From Felis catus (lineage: Eukaryota), in NCBI RefSeq assembly GCF_018350175.1, contig NC_058368.1, forward strand, positions 97,280,001-97,344,000: a stretch of 64,000 nucleotides of DNA, in the 5' to 3' direction. Each line of letters opens with the position of its first letter. Position 1 is the stretch's first letter. Positions 14,215 to 26,739 of this stretch are shown piece by piece. The position numbers were made by a program, and so were the translations under genes. Under the pieces are notes generated by a model, which was not told the origin of the DNA, did not search any database, and saw only the letters and a list, made by a program, of their open reading frames with translations.

Positions 14215-14690
14215 ATACCGTATGATCTACCAATTCCACGTGTGAGTATAAACCCAAAAGAACTGAAAGCAGGTTTGGAGCTATTTATACACTCATGTTC
14301 ACAGCAGCATTATTCAAAAAGCCACAAGAGAGAAGCAACCTGTAGTGTCCATTAAGAGAAAAAACGTGGTATATATATATGTGGGGTAGTTTAAAAAGGT
14401 ATATTTATATTGGGGTAGCCTTAAAAAGGATGGAAAATCTCACAGAGGGATACTAAAATATGGATGAACCCTGGAGATATGATGCTAAGTGAAGTGAGCC
14501 AGTCACCAAAAGACAAGTATTGTATGATTCTACTTTTATGAGGTACTTAGAGTGGTCAAATTCATAGAGACAGAAAGTAGAATGTGAGCTGCCTAGGGTT
14601 GAGGGAGATGGGGAATCAGAATCTACTGTTTAATGGGCACAGAGTTTCAATTTTGCAGAAATAAAAAGAACTCTGGAATTGTAAAGGATT
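14215..14690 (+). mobile_element. L1MB-like 3' end
   Basis: acccaaaagaactgaaagcagg...catgttcacagcagcattattca...atggatgaacc...aaattcatagagacagaaagtagaat. Confidence 0.8.
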
Positions 14691-14720
14691 TTACCATAAT
14701 TTTTTAAAACCAGAAGAAAA

Positions 14721-14946
14721 GGGGCGCCTGGGTGGCTCAGTTGGTTGGGCGGCCGACTTCGGCTTAGGTCGTGATCTCGTGGTCCATGAGTTCGAGCCCC
14801 GCGTCGGGCTCTGTGCTGGCAGCTCAGAGCCTGGAGCCTATTTCAGATTCTGTGTCTCCCTCTCTCTCTCTGACCCTCCCCCGTTCATGCTCTGTCTCTG
14901 TCTCAAAAATAAATAAACGTTAAAAAAGTTTTTTTTTTTTAAATAA
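14721..14946 (+). mobile_element. CAN-SINE (SINEC_Fc)
   Basis: TSD aaaccagaagaaaa. Confidence 0.93.
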
Positions 14947-15296
14947 AACCAGAAGAAAAAAAAAAAGCTATCAGTTGATCAGAAATTGTTTGGACAGACA
15001 ATAGCTAAAAAGTGGATGGGCTGACTGATAAGAATGAAGTCAACCACATCCCAGACCTGCTGGAGAAAACTACTGCAGATCCACAGAGACTCTAAACTCA
15101 GAAGTAAACAGAAGTACCACAAAGGTCAATGGGGATCTAGATTTAGAGCAATCTTTAGGGCAATCCATCAATGCTGATGAGTCTACACCACTCAGACCCA
15201 CACTAGAGCCCCCTCCACACCCTCACCTCTCGTCAGTGGAGCCATTAGGTCTGCACCCTAAAACCCAGGAGTGCCCCTCTTTTAAAAATAATGACA

Positions 15297-15518
15297 AGGG
15301 CTCCTGGGTGGCTCAGTCAGTTGGGCGGCCGACTTCAGCTCAGGTCATGATCTCATGGTTCACGGGTTCCAGCCCTGCGTCGGGCTCTGTGCTGACAGCT
15401 CGGAGCCTAGAGCCTGCTTCGGAATCTGTGACTCCTCCTCTCTCTCTGTCCCCTTCCCAGTTCAGGCTCTGTCTCTGTCTCTCAAAAAATAAATAAACGT
15501 TAAAAAAAAATTTTTTTT
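15297..15518 (+). mobile_element. CAN-SINE
   Basis: TSD aataatgacaa. Confidence 0.92.
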
Positions 15519-16107
15519 AATAATGACAATAATAATAAACACAAAATAATACTCATTCTCCAAATTAAATTGGAAAATGCAAATTCAAACAGCAGGAGGT
15601 TATTTTCCACCATAAGTTTAGGTAAAATAACACCATTATTTTAGTGGATGTGGAAAAACAGATCCTCCGCTATATTAGCACAGCCTTGATATGGAAGCTT
15701 TGTAGTTTCCACCAGATTTCAGATTATGAATACTCTTTGACTTGGCCATTTCACTTCTCCTTACCTACCACAGATAAATACTCATATATACACACGCGTT
15801 AGGAGGTTTATGGGAGCACTGCTTCTATAATAGCAAAGAGACGGACACAAATTAAATATAAAGCTATAGGGAAATGCTAGACAGTACGCTTATTCACTGG
15901 AATGCCATGACATGGGAGGTTATATTGTTGTTGTTGTTTATCATATGCGCTGATCTACAAAGATGTCTACAGGTGAGGCCCTATATTCTACCGGTTAAGA
16001 CACAAAATTCTAAAGCCACACTACAGCTCAATTCACATCCAGAATGTTAATCACTTTTTATAATTTTGGACAAGTTCTTTGACCTTCTTCGCTGGTGAAC
16101 AATAATC

Positions 16108-16270
16108 TCGTATTTTACTGATTCTTAGAAACACATTTTCTCCCTACATTTAATATCTCTAAAATTAAGACATGTCTTCTTATAAACAGAATTTTAGATT
16201 CCCCATCATCAGCAACAACCTGTGTTAAAAATTAATGAGCTCAAAAACACTTATCTTAATCGAATGGTAA
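16108..16270. mobile_element. MER104-like DNA transposon remnant
   Basis: cgtattttactgattcttagaaacacattttc...tttaatatctctaaaatt resembles the recalled MER104 start. Confidence 0.4.
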
Positions 16271-16694
16271 CAGTGGGGATCCTCTCAAATACATATTTAA
16301 ATATATCATAGTATAGAGCATTCTATTAATTTACCTAACAGGGCACTCTATTACTTTAGCTAACCAAAAAAAGCTTGGTTCTTGAAAATATCTCACCGCT
16401 AAACTCTAGTCAATTAAAAGTTTTAAAAAATCAGGTGCACAGGTTTTTCCTTTCACAAAAATTATTTCTTCAAATATCCTCTAACACCTTCTATACCATT
16501 TCTCTCTGGGCAGTTAAGATAAAATTTTAAAAACTAAGTTAAAATCCTAATAAGCCAGATCCACACAGCAACCACGATACAGTCTAGTGTGGTTTCTGTT
16601 GTATTTTATTATAGACTGTGTTTATTCGGTGGAATTACTATTCAACTAAAATATCATTGTCTATTCATCTCTGCTCCATAATTTCTCATGCATC

Positions 16695-17150
16695 CTTTAA
16701 TATTTACTCAGCTCCTGTATGTGACAGGCATTGTCCTGGACTCTAGAGAAAACAAGTACATGTCTTTAAGGAGTTAACAGTCACTGGGGATACAAGGATG
16801 AATAACAGACTATCCACTTCTCAATTATCATGCAGTGTAGAAAAACAAGGGCAAATAAGTGGGCAATTATTACAGCATGTATTAGGTCCCTGTGACAGGA
16901 GAACGTGTAGATCTTACTACAGGTTGCTATGGAAATACCGGGAAGAAAAGCCTAACCTTGCAGAGATGCATCAAGGGAGTCAATTAGAGAAAAAAAGAGT
17001 TGAGAGCCGGACCTATAGGACAAGTATAAGTTAATTAGAGGAATGTATGGGGAATGAGGCCTCTAGACACAGGAAATGTCATGTAAAACCAAGAGATGAG
17101 AAAATTCATGAAGGAGTCAAGGAACCACAAAGAAACTATTTAGTAGACAG
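16695..17150 (-). mobile_element. L2 fragment
   Basis: tatttactcagctcctgtatgtgacaggcattgtcctgg...aaggagttaacagtc. Confidence 0.55.
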
Positions 17151-17239
17151 AGAGTTCAGAGGGCTAGCGGAAAGAGATGATACTGTGTACTCTAAGTTCT
17201 GTATCTATCCACTATTTTTTCAGCTATATTCAGTTAAAA

Positions 17240-17461
17240 ATTTTTTTTTAATGTTTATTTATTTTTGCGAGAAAAAGAGAGGGAGAGAGAGACAGACAAT
17301 GTGCAGGGGAGGGGCAGAGAGGGAGGGAGACAGAATCTGAAGCAGGCTCCAGGCTCGGAGATGTCAGCACAGAGCCCGCGTGGGGCTTGAATTCACGAAC
17401 CGTGAGATCATGACCTGAGCCAAAGTCGGACACTTAACCGACTGAGCCATCCAGGTACCCC
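17240..17461 (-). mobile_element. CAN-SINE
   Basis: TSD tcagctatattc. Confidence 0.92.
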
Positions 17462-17575
17462 ATCAGCTATATTCGGTTTATATTGAAATTATAAGTTTTA
17501 AAAACCTGTACATTTCTCTAAAGTATTTCTTACAACTATATGTGAATCTACCCTGTTAAAAATAAAAGTTTAATT

Positions 17576-17795
17576 GGGGCACCTGGGTGGCTTAGTCGGT
17601 TGGGCGTCCAAAATCTGGCTCAGATCATGATCTCACAGTTTGTGAGTTCAAGCCCTGAGTTGGGCTCTGTGCTGACAGCTCAGAGCCTGGAGCCCGCTTC
17701 AGATTCTGGGTCTCCCTCTCTCTGCCCCTTCCCCGCTCATGCTCTCTCTGTCTCTCAAAAATGAGTAAACATTAAAAAAATTAAAAAATAAAATA
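17576..17795 (+). mobile_element. CAN-SINE
   Basis: Full SINE body and tail. Confidence 0.92.
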
Positions 17796-17804
17796 AAATT
17801 TTAA

Positions 17805-18042
17805 TTTTTTTTAATTTTTTTTCAACGTTTTTTATTTATTTTTGGGACAGAGAGAGACAGAGCATGAACGGGGGGGGGGGGGGGGGGGGGGGGCAGAGAG
17901 AGAGGGAGACACAGAACCGGAAACAGGCTCCAGGCTCTGAGCCATCAGCCCAGACCCTGACGCGGGGCTCGAACTCACGGACCGCAAGATCGTGACCTGG
18001 CTGAAGTCGGACGCTTAACCGACTGCGCCACCCAGGCGCCCC
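17805..18042 (-). mobile_element. Young CAN-SINE (SINEC_Fc) inserted at the tail of the preceding SINE
   Basis: CpG-rich; TSD aaaattttaatttt; internal G24 run. Confidence 0.93.
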
Positions 18043-18989
18043 AAAATTTTAATTTTAAAAAGCTAGACACAGGGTTCCAGTTATGACATATTTAAATTAC
18101 AGGAATAAAAGGCATAAGGAAAAAAGGAATAATAATTTTGTAAAGGCATTAAGGAACACACACAAAAAAGCTAGTTAAGGATTTTTTTGAATTAAATTTT
18201 GGAGCACAGTATCAGTAAGAAAATATAATCCTTTGATTTCCCGATTCCAATAATTTTATAAGGGTGAGAAATTTAGGTAAGAAGTTGGTATTAATCAAAA
18301 AGTACAAATCAACAACAGGAAAAATACAATGTTTCTCTATTTTTAAAAAGTAGTGATCTATTGTGAATGTTCTTCCAAAAGGAAGAAGTTAGGGAAAGTG
18401 AGTATGAGTGGTTTGATGGCATGGTGGAAAGTTTCAAATCCTGGATCTGTCAACCTCCCAGGTGGTTTTTTAACTTAAAATTTGTGACAACATTTGACCT
18501 TTTAGAAGTTTGTGTAAGAATATGAGATACAGGCGTGAACATTAATAAAGCTAATCCAAGGGCCCATAAAATGATTCACAGAGATTTCCAGTTAATTTGA
18601 CTCCTGTTCTGGGTATCTGGCACTAAGTTCAGCCATGTGCTGGGACCAGGTTTTGACTCTCTGGGAAGGCTGAAGATGATCAATTAAGACTGTGTTCACA
18701 TCCAAGTGTGCAGATCTATACTATCACAGTACATACTGCTTAACAACAAGACAGACGGAGTACACCCAGCCACGTGAGATGGTTCGCTGCACACATCCAC
18801 ATCAGGATACTGCTCTAGCCTTTTGCATATAAAAGACTGGGCCAAAGGAGAAAAGCAGAACTTGTAGACGTTTTATTAATGTGACCCTCTTGACATTGTC
18901 ATCTGCAACTGAACACACACTGGCAAGAATTTTGAGGTCTGGGACTGTAACACTGATCCCTGTCACAATATGGACTTGTGTTAATTTCA

Positions 18990-19305
18990 CTTTTTTTTTA
19001 ATTGGAGGTTAAGTTGACATAGAACAAACTACAATATATGGAAGTTATACAATTTAATAAGCTTTGACATAAGTTTATATGTATTTATCTGTGAAATCAT
19101 CTCTACAATCAAGATCATGAACTAAAAACCACCACCCAGTTAAGACTTTGCAAATCTCTTCTTGTCCCTCCCCCACTTCCCACCCCATCCCATCCACACA
19201 TGCAATGGTCTCCTTTATGACAGTATACATTAATCTGAATATCCTAGAACTTTATATAAATGGAATCATATACTATGTGCTCATATTTATCTGCCTTTTT
19301 TCATT
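18990..19305 (-). mobile_element. Old L1M 3' end (continues at 21265-22000)
   Basis: T tail...ctagaactttatataaatggaatcatatactatgt. Confidence 0.7.
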
Positions 19306-20301
19306 AAGAATAATTTTAACTTCTTGGCACAAAAACAGACACTCAGATCAATGGAACACAATAGAAAACCCAGAAATGGACCCACAAATGTATGCCCAGC
19401 TAATCTTTGACAAAGCAGGAAAGAATATCCAGTGGAATAAAGACAGTCTCTTCAGCAAGTGGTGCTGGGAAAACTGGACAGTGACATGCAGAGAAATGAA
19501 CCTGGACCACTTTCTTATACCATACACAAAAATAAACTCAAAATGGATGACAGACCTCAATGTAAGACAGGAAGCCATCAAAATCCTCGAGGAGAAAGCA
19601 GAGGATTTGATCTTGGCCACAGCAACTTCTTACTCAACACATCTCCAGAGGCAAAGGAAACAAAAGCAAAAATGAAATATTGGGACCTATGAAAATAAAA
19701 AGTTTCTACACAGCAATGGAAACAATCAGCAAAACTAAAAGGCAACCGACAGAATGGGAGATTTTTGCAAACGACATATCAGATAAAGAGTTAGTATCCA
19801 AAATCTATAAAGAACTTATCACACTCAACACCCAAAAAACCAAGGATCCAGTGAAGAAATGGGCAAAGGACATGAATAGACAGTTCTCCAAAGAAGACAT
19901 CCAGATAGACAACCGACACATGAAAAAATGCTCAACATCACTCATCATCAGGGAAATACAAATCAAAACCACAATGAGATACCACTTTACACCTGTCAGA
20001 ATGGCTAACATTAACAACTCGGGCAACAAGAGATGTTGGCAAGGATGCGGGGAAAGAAACCCTCTTGCACTGTTGGTGGGAATGCAAACTGGTGCAGCCA
20101 CTCTGGAAAACAGTATGGAGGTTCCTCAAAAAATTAAAAACAGAACTACCCTACAACCCAGCAATTGCACTAGGGATACAGGTATGCTGTTTCGAAGGGG
20201 CACAGGCACCCCAATGTTTATAGCAACACTATTCACAACAGCCAAAGTATGGAAAGAGCACAAATGTCCATCGATGGATGAATGGATAAAGAAGATGTAG
20301 C

Positions 20302-20304
<3 letters not shown>

Positions 20305-20362
<58 letters not shown>

Positions 20363-20396
20363 ATGTAGTATATACTATGTAGTATATACTATGTAG

Positions 20397-20437
<41 letters not shown>
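20305..20437. repeat. Compound (TA)n(CA)n microsatellite with about 3 copies of ctatgtagtatata
   Basis: Read directly. Confidence 0.95.
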
Positions 20438-20440
<3 letters not shown>

Positions 20441-20623
20441 GGAGTATATATCAAAAAGAATGAAATCTTGCCACTTGCAACTACGTGGACGGAACTAGAG
20501 GGTATTTGCTAAGCAAAGTTAGAGAAAGACAAATATCATATGACTTCACTCATATGAAGACTTTAAGACACAGAACAGATGAACATAAGGGAAGGGAAGC
20601 AAAAATAATATAAAAACAGGGAG

Positions 20624-20870
20624 GGGGGGGCACCTGGGTGGCACAGTCGGTTAAGCGTCCGACTTCAGCCAGGTCACCATCTCGCGGTCCGTGAGTTCGA
20701 GCCCCGCGTCAGGCTCTGGGCTGATGGCTCGGAGTCTGGAGACTGTTTCCGATTCTGTGTCTCCCTCTCTCTCTGCCCCCCCCCCCCCCCCCGTTCATGC
20801 TCTGTCTCTCTCTGTCCCAAAAATAAATAAAAACATTGAAAAAAAAGAAAAAAAAATTAAAAAAAAAAAA
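20624..20870 (+). mobile_element. Young CAN-SINE nested in L1 3' UTR
   Basis: SINEC_Fc body, C17 run, long A tail. Confidence 0.92.
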
Positions 20871-21041
20871 CGGAGGGGGACAAAACAGAGGAGACTCTTA
20901 AATATGGAGAACGGAGGGTTATGGAGGCGTTGAGCTATATAGTTAGCTATATGCTAACTAATTTGAATGTAAATTAAAAAAGTAAAATTAATAATAAAAA
21001 GAATAAAAAACTAATGGAAAAAAAAAGAATAATTAACTTCA

Positions 21042-21250
21042 GGGGCGCCTGGGTGGCTCAGTCGGTTAAGCATCTGACTTCAGCTCAGGTCACGATTCCA
21101 TGGTTCACAGGTTCGAGCCCTGCGTCAGGCTCTGCTAACAGCTCGGAGCCTGCTTCAGATTCTGTCTCCCTCTCTCTCTCTGCACCTCCCCCCACTCACG
21201 CTCTGTCTCTTTCTCTCACAAAAAGAAACATTAAAAAACATTTTTTTAAT
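21042..21250 (+). mobile_element. CAN-SINE
   Basis: Degenerate TSD aataattaacttca / aataactaatttca. Confidence 0.9.
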
Positions 21251-21264
21251 AATAACTAATTTCA

Positions 21265-22000
21265 GATCCAACCAAGTAGCAGTGCATATGGGTAATTTAC
21301 TGCTCTTTACTGCTCAGGAGTTTTCCATGATACGGACATGCCACACACTGTTTATCCATGTGCCTGCTGAGAGACATTTGGGTTCCTCCTAGTTTGGGGC
21401 TATTCCTAATAGCTATGAACATTCATGTATAATTTTTATATGGACATTTATTTTCATTTCTCATGGGTAAATACCTAGGACTGGAATGGCTAGAACATAT
21501 ATTAGATGTATGTTTCCGTTTTTAAGAAACTGACCCACTATTTTCTAAAATGGCTGCATCATTTCATATGGCCACTAGGAGTGTCTGAGAGTTTCAGTTA
21601 CTCTACAGCTTTGCCAGTCATGGTGTTGAATTTCAGCCTTTCTAATAGGTGTGTAATAGTATCTCATTCTGGTTTTATTTTCATTTCTTTAGTGACTAAT
21701 GATGCTAAGCATCTTTTCATGTGCATATTTGCTATTCAGCTATCTTCTTTGATAAAGTGTTCAAAAACATTTGCCAATTTTATAATTGAGATGTTTGGTC
21801 TTTGTTATTATTCAGTTTTAAAAGTTCTTTATATATTCCAAATACAACTCCTTTCTCAAATCTATTCATTGCATATATCCTCTCTCATTCAGTGGCTTGT
21901 CTTTTCATTCTCTTAATAGTGTCTTTGACGCACACAAGTTTTTAATTTTGATGTACGTCCAAGACAATTTGTTCTATAAATGGTGCTTTTGGTGAAATCT
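21265..22000 (-). mobile_element. Old L1M fragment
   Basis: gggtaaatacctaggactggaatggct...tgactaatgatgctaagcatcttttcatgtgc. Confidence 0.8.
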
Positions 22001-22583
22001 TGGACAAACCCAAGATAACAAAACAAACAAAAAAAAACCTCCCAGGGCTATGGCCCTTCCCTAACAGGTGCCTCCTGTAAGTAACAGGCCAAGAAAAATT
22101 CAGTTCATATAAAGATGAGTAAACAAGAAAAGAGAACGAAAAAAGGAACCAGCACAGGATCTATACAAGGCTATTACCAGAAAATTGCAAATGGCAAAGG
22201 AAGATTAATTTAACATCAAACAGTAAATTACAGTACATCCATACATGAGTTACAAGGCAGTTAAAAATGAATGTGAAAGCTCTTTAGATACAGATACAGA
22301 ACAGATCCTAAAACACATTACTAAAGGAAAAAGGCAAGGAATACATCAATAGGTACTTACCACATATCTAAAAGCGGGGGGATATATGTATTATATTTAG
22401 TTGTACACAAATAGAATAAATGTGGAAGAATACACAAGAATCTTAATTATTGGTCACCTCTGGGAAAGGGAACCGGGTCAACAGAGCACAGAAGTGGGAG
22501 GAAAACTTCTCACTATATGCTCTTCCGTATCTTTTGTATTTTCAGCCATATCAATATGTTACTTTTATAAAAAATTAAATTAC

Positions 22584-22748
22584 AGGGTTGCCTGGGTGGC
22601 TCAGTAGGTTAAGTGTCCAACTACGGCTCAGGTCATGAACACACGGGTTTGTGAACTCAAGCCCCACATCGAACTCGCTGCTGTCAGCACAGAGCCCACT
22701 TCGGACACTGACCTCATCTCTTTCTGCCCTTTTCTGGATCGCTCGATC

Positions 22749-22799
<51 letters not shown>

Positions 22800-22829
22800 T
22801 TTTACTCTCAAAAATAAATAAAAATTTTT
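22584..22829 (+). mobile_element. CAN-SINE with long (CT)n
   Basis: TSD aaaaattaaatt. Confidence 0.88.
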
Positions 22830-23147
22830 AAAAATTAAATTCCAAAAATTTGGATAATTATAGTCTTTTCAAGAAGTATTTAATTATTGTGATGCAAGAA
22901 AGTGATTAAGTCATTGGTTTTTAAGACTAAAATGTATCCCTTAAGAAATACAATTTTTCAGGGAAGAATGGAAAACTTTACTGAGCTTTTCTACTGAAAT
23001 TCAAGACCTCTAAGCTTCAGGAATATACTCTTCATTCTGTTATTATTTGGTAATAATGTAAAGTAAAGTACAATCTATTAATTTAAAAAAGGGATTAAAA
23101 TGATTTTATTCAGTTAAGTAATTAAATTTCATTATATACATGAGCAA

Positions 23148-23385
23148 TAGATAATACTTGAGCTTATGGTACTCACTACAAGCTAGGAGCTTTGCTCAAT
23201 GCTTTACATTTATTATTTCATTTAAATATTAAAACCAACCACCAAATAAATGTTATCATTACTTCCATTTTCCATATGAGGAATCTAAGAGCAGAGACAC
23301 AACTGGCCATGTCAAACAGCAAGTAAGTTATGGAGCCAGAAATAAGCCAGCAACCCGACAGCAGGGCCCAGACTCATACGCAGTG
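23148..23385 (-). mobile_element. MIR
   Basis: MIR core ccattttccatatgaggaatctaagagcagaga. Confidence 0.65.
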
Positions 23386-25794
23386 TGCCTTATGGCTTGC
23401 CCCACACATTTCATTGCACTACGTACAATAAAGTTTTAAGAAGACAGTCTTGTATATATTCTTCTGTAATTCACATTTTGTAAATTATAAAGTTCTTCGA
23501 TTTTGAATTAATTCATTTAATTATACATTCATTATACATATCTTTGAAAATTGGTGGACTTTACTGTTAGACAGCATGCAATCCTAAAGACATAAAGCAA
23601 GCCACCAAAGTACAAAAATCCTAATTTCACAAGTTTTGTGGCCTAATTACTCTCTTTAATTCAGAAGTCAAATAAATGCACAGGTAAAAAGTGGTTTTTA
23701 AAAATGCGTACAGATCATTATTAAGCAGGTAAATGAATGGAGCAAAAATGCACAGTGGGCTCAATGTAAGATTTTGCAGAATCAAACAATTTTTCTTATG
23801 TATTTATAGAACAATTTTATATATTTATGTATTCATATAACAATTTTTCTCAATAATGAGGTTTCATTAGCAACTGCTACATAAAAGGGATAATTTTTTT
23901 TTAACACACCCCTTTCTTCTGACTAATCTGGCTAAATTTTTCATTTGTATTCAGGATGTTTTCCAAATTTATAAAAATTTCTTTCGATTCTTTAAAAAAA
24001 AAACAACTTATCTTCATTATTAGCATGGCAAGGTATCAGAAGGTCAAGTATTTTTTAGCCATCTGTTCCCACTACACAATCCACATCACTCCATAAACAG
24101 AGGCAGTTCTACCCACCATGCCCTATAATTGAGGCACATAATCGTACCAGCTGCCAAACTATGCCAAGCATGCCTGCTATGCAAACAACTCTTCTTTCTC
24201 TGAATTAATTACGTCCACTGGGCCAATTTAATGCAGTGCTTCTCCAGCATTACCTTTGCCAATGGTGACAGCTGTTGCAAGAAAGTCTACAGTGCATAGG
24301 CCGCCGCTCACAGCCAACTCTCAATTGTGGCAATGCAAAAGATCTCTGAATAATGTACTCCTCTGAAAGGATGCAAGCCATCCAGAGGCTTAAACACCAC
24401 CAGTATCTTAATACGGCTCACTGGAAGTTACAGTGATTAATATACACACACACAAATTCACCTCGTGTTACTACATACTCTCTCATGTGCCAGCAACCCA
24501 GTTCGATTCACTGGATCACAACATTCATATTTAATCGATAAAATGCATTATTCATTAATAAAATGCAGTACTAACAGAGTGGCAGACATAACCAGGATAA
24601 TCAAGAAATTAGGAGTGACTGAATTAAGACAAAACTGCCCTTAACTCAAACTTCTCTAAACCTCAAGCATCCAGGAAACACCCACAAACCTTCCTGCAAG
24701 CAATATAACACAATAATCTAGCTCGCTGCTAATGAGAATATACTGCAACCTACATACGCAACATTAAATTTTCTAACAGTCACATTTTAAAAAGCAAAAT
24801 TTAAAGGGTGAAATTAAGTTTAATGATGTATCTACCCACAAGGATCCAAAATAAAATATTATTTTAACATGTAATCACTATAAAATTAAGAGATTTTATA
24901 TGCTCTTCCTAAAACTAAGTCCAATTTGAAATTTGTTGTGTACTTCAAAATACAGAACATCTTAATTAGGAAGCTAAATTTTAATTATGAATATAACTGG
25001 TAGATTTATCAAATAGAATTTAAAAAGCAGTTCACATAACTTTTTCCAAACACACTTTAAAATTTTCGAATAACATGATCATGTGCCACATAAATACATT
25101 CCTTCAACATATGTAACCACATTGACAAAACTGACCACCTTTTTTAAATCTTAGCTTTAACTCAGAAGCAAAAGCGTATCAATTTAAAAAATATGACTGT
25201 CTAGTGAGTAAAGTCACTAAATCTTGTGTCAACTCAGTTTATTAATGTCAAAATCAAGGGGGTATTGCATAAATTGAAAAGTAACTTTAAATTTATAATA
25301 TCAACAAAGCACTCTTCAATTTTTTCTTGTTTCCTTTCCTTGAGCTTCAAATTTACCTTATTCATAGAAACTATTATAATGACATAAAAACTTCAAGTGT
25401 AATGTCATTTTTTTTTTGTTTTTTTGATTTTGGAACATGTGGCAAACATTTTAACTTGTAGTTAAGAATACAGAAAAGTCTTTGTAAAACCCTTCTACCA
25501 CATAACCAACAAATGTTGGCAAGTAACACAAAATGACTAAATTCATTGTCCTCTATTTCTTTCAATAGTTTCATAAGCCAGTGATAATTCACAGCATGTG
25601 TGTGTGTGTGGGTGTGGGTGTGTGTATGTGTATATACACACACACATATATATGTATACACACATATATTTAACAGTTGTATCCATGACACTTTTTAGAA
25701 AGGCTACTTTAAAAAACCAAGGTACAAATATTTTCAATATGTATAATATGATGGAATGAAGCAATAAAGATAACAATTTGTTGCTTGAAAATTC

Positions 25795-26014
25795 TTTTTT
25801 CTTTAATTTGTTTAATGTTTATTTATTTTTGAGAGACAGAGAGAGATAGAGCATGAGTGGGGGAGGGGCAGAGAGAGAGGGAGACACAGAATCGGAAACA
25901 GGCTCCAGGCTCTCAGCTGACAGCACAGAGCCCAATGCGGGACTCAAACTCACCATGAGATCATGACCTGAGCCAAAGTCAGACGCTTAACCACCTGAGC
26001 CACCCAGGCGCCCC
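25795..26014 (-). mobile_element. CAN-SINE
   Basis: TSD ttgcttgaaaattcttt. Confidence 0.93.
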
Positions 26015-26246
26015 TCTTGCTTGAAAATTCTTTAAAAAACTGAATTCTTTACCATCAACAGCTGGAGCAATGTGCATATGAAATTTTTTTTTCATATTTA
26101 GCTGAAATTCTTGATGGATTTTAGATCCAAAAATATCTATGCTCTGAGTTCAATTTTTAGGTTACAAATTGATAATCTTTCTTTCTACATTTGAGCTTAA
26201 CTCAAAGTATTTTTTTACCCAATGTACTAATTGGGCTATGTCTTCT

Positions 26247-26474
26247 TTTTTTTTTTTTTTCTTAATGTTTATTTATTTTTGAGAGAGACAGACAGACAGA
26301 CAGACAGAGATGAACAGGAGAGGGACAGAGAGAGAGGGAGACACAGAACTCAAAGTAGGCTCCAGGCTCTGAACTGTCAGAACTGAGCCCGATGTGGGAC
26401 TCAAACTCACAAACTGTGAGATCATGATCTGAGCCAAGTTAGACGCTTAACTGACTGAGCCACCCAGGTGCCCC
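26247..26474 (-). mobile_element. CAN-SINE
   Basis: TSD tgggctatgtcttcttt. Confidence 0.93.
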
Positions 26475-26739
26475 TGGGCTATGTCTTCTTTATCACATGA
26501 AATCTAAAGATAAATAAAAATATCTGCAATTTATCAAAATTGGAAACAAATGATGTTTGATGTTACAGAAAGTTATCTATGAGCAATTATATGGAGACTT
26601 AACTGAAAATGTTTCCTTTTTGGGAAAAATTTTTTTTATTATTTTCTCATAATTTTCTAACAAAATTTCCACAACAAAAAAATAACAGTTTATTCTATCC
26701 CTCTCACCATTAAAAATGGCTTCCATGTGATCATGTTAG

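Larger units (their letters stand above)
19324..21024 (+). mobile_element. 5'-truncated felid L1, about 1.7 kb with frameshifted ORF2 3' part, nested microsatellite and SINE
   Basis: ORF2 peptides [33 protein letters not shown] and [16 protein letters not shown] aagaataatt(tt)aacttc at 19306-19323 and 21025-21040. Confidence 0.93.
24720..26700 (-). mobile_element. hAT-Charlie DNA transposon fossil (Charlie5/MER33-like) with decayed transposase, interrupted by two SINEs and a microsatellite
   Basis: MER33-like end at 24720-24980; minus-strand peptide VNYHWLMKLLKEIEDNEFSHFVLLANICWLCGRRVLQRL resembles the hAT LNHRQF...RWLSRGxVLxRF region. Confidence 0.7.

Noticed and set aside
19148..20300. Longest ORFs in the track (175 and 206 aa)
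   Set aside because: Frameshifted L1 ORF2 remnants, not a host gene.
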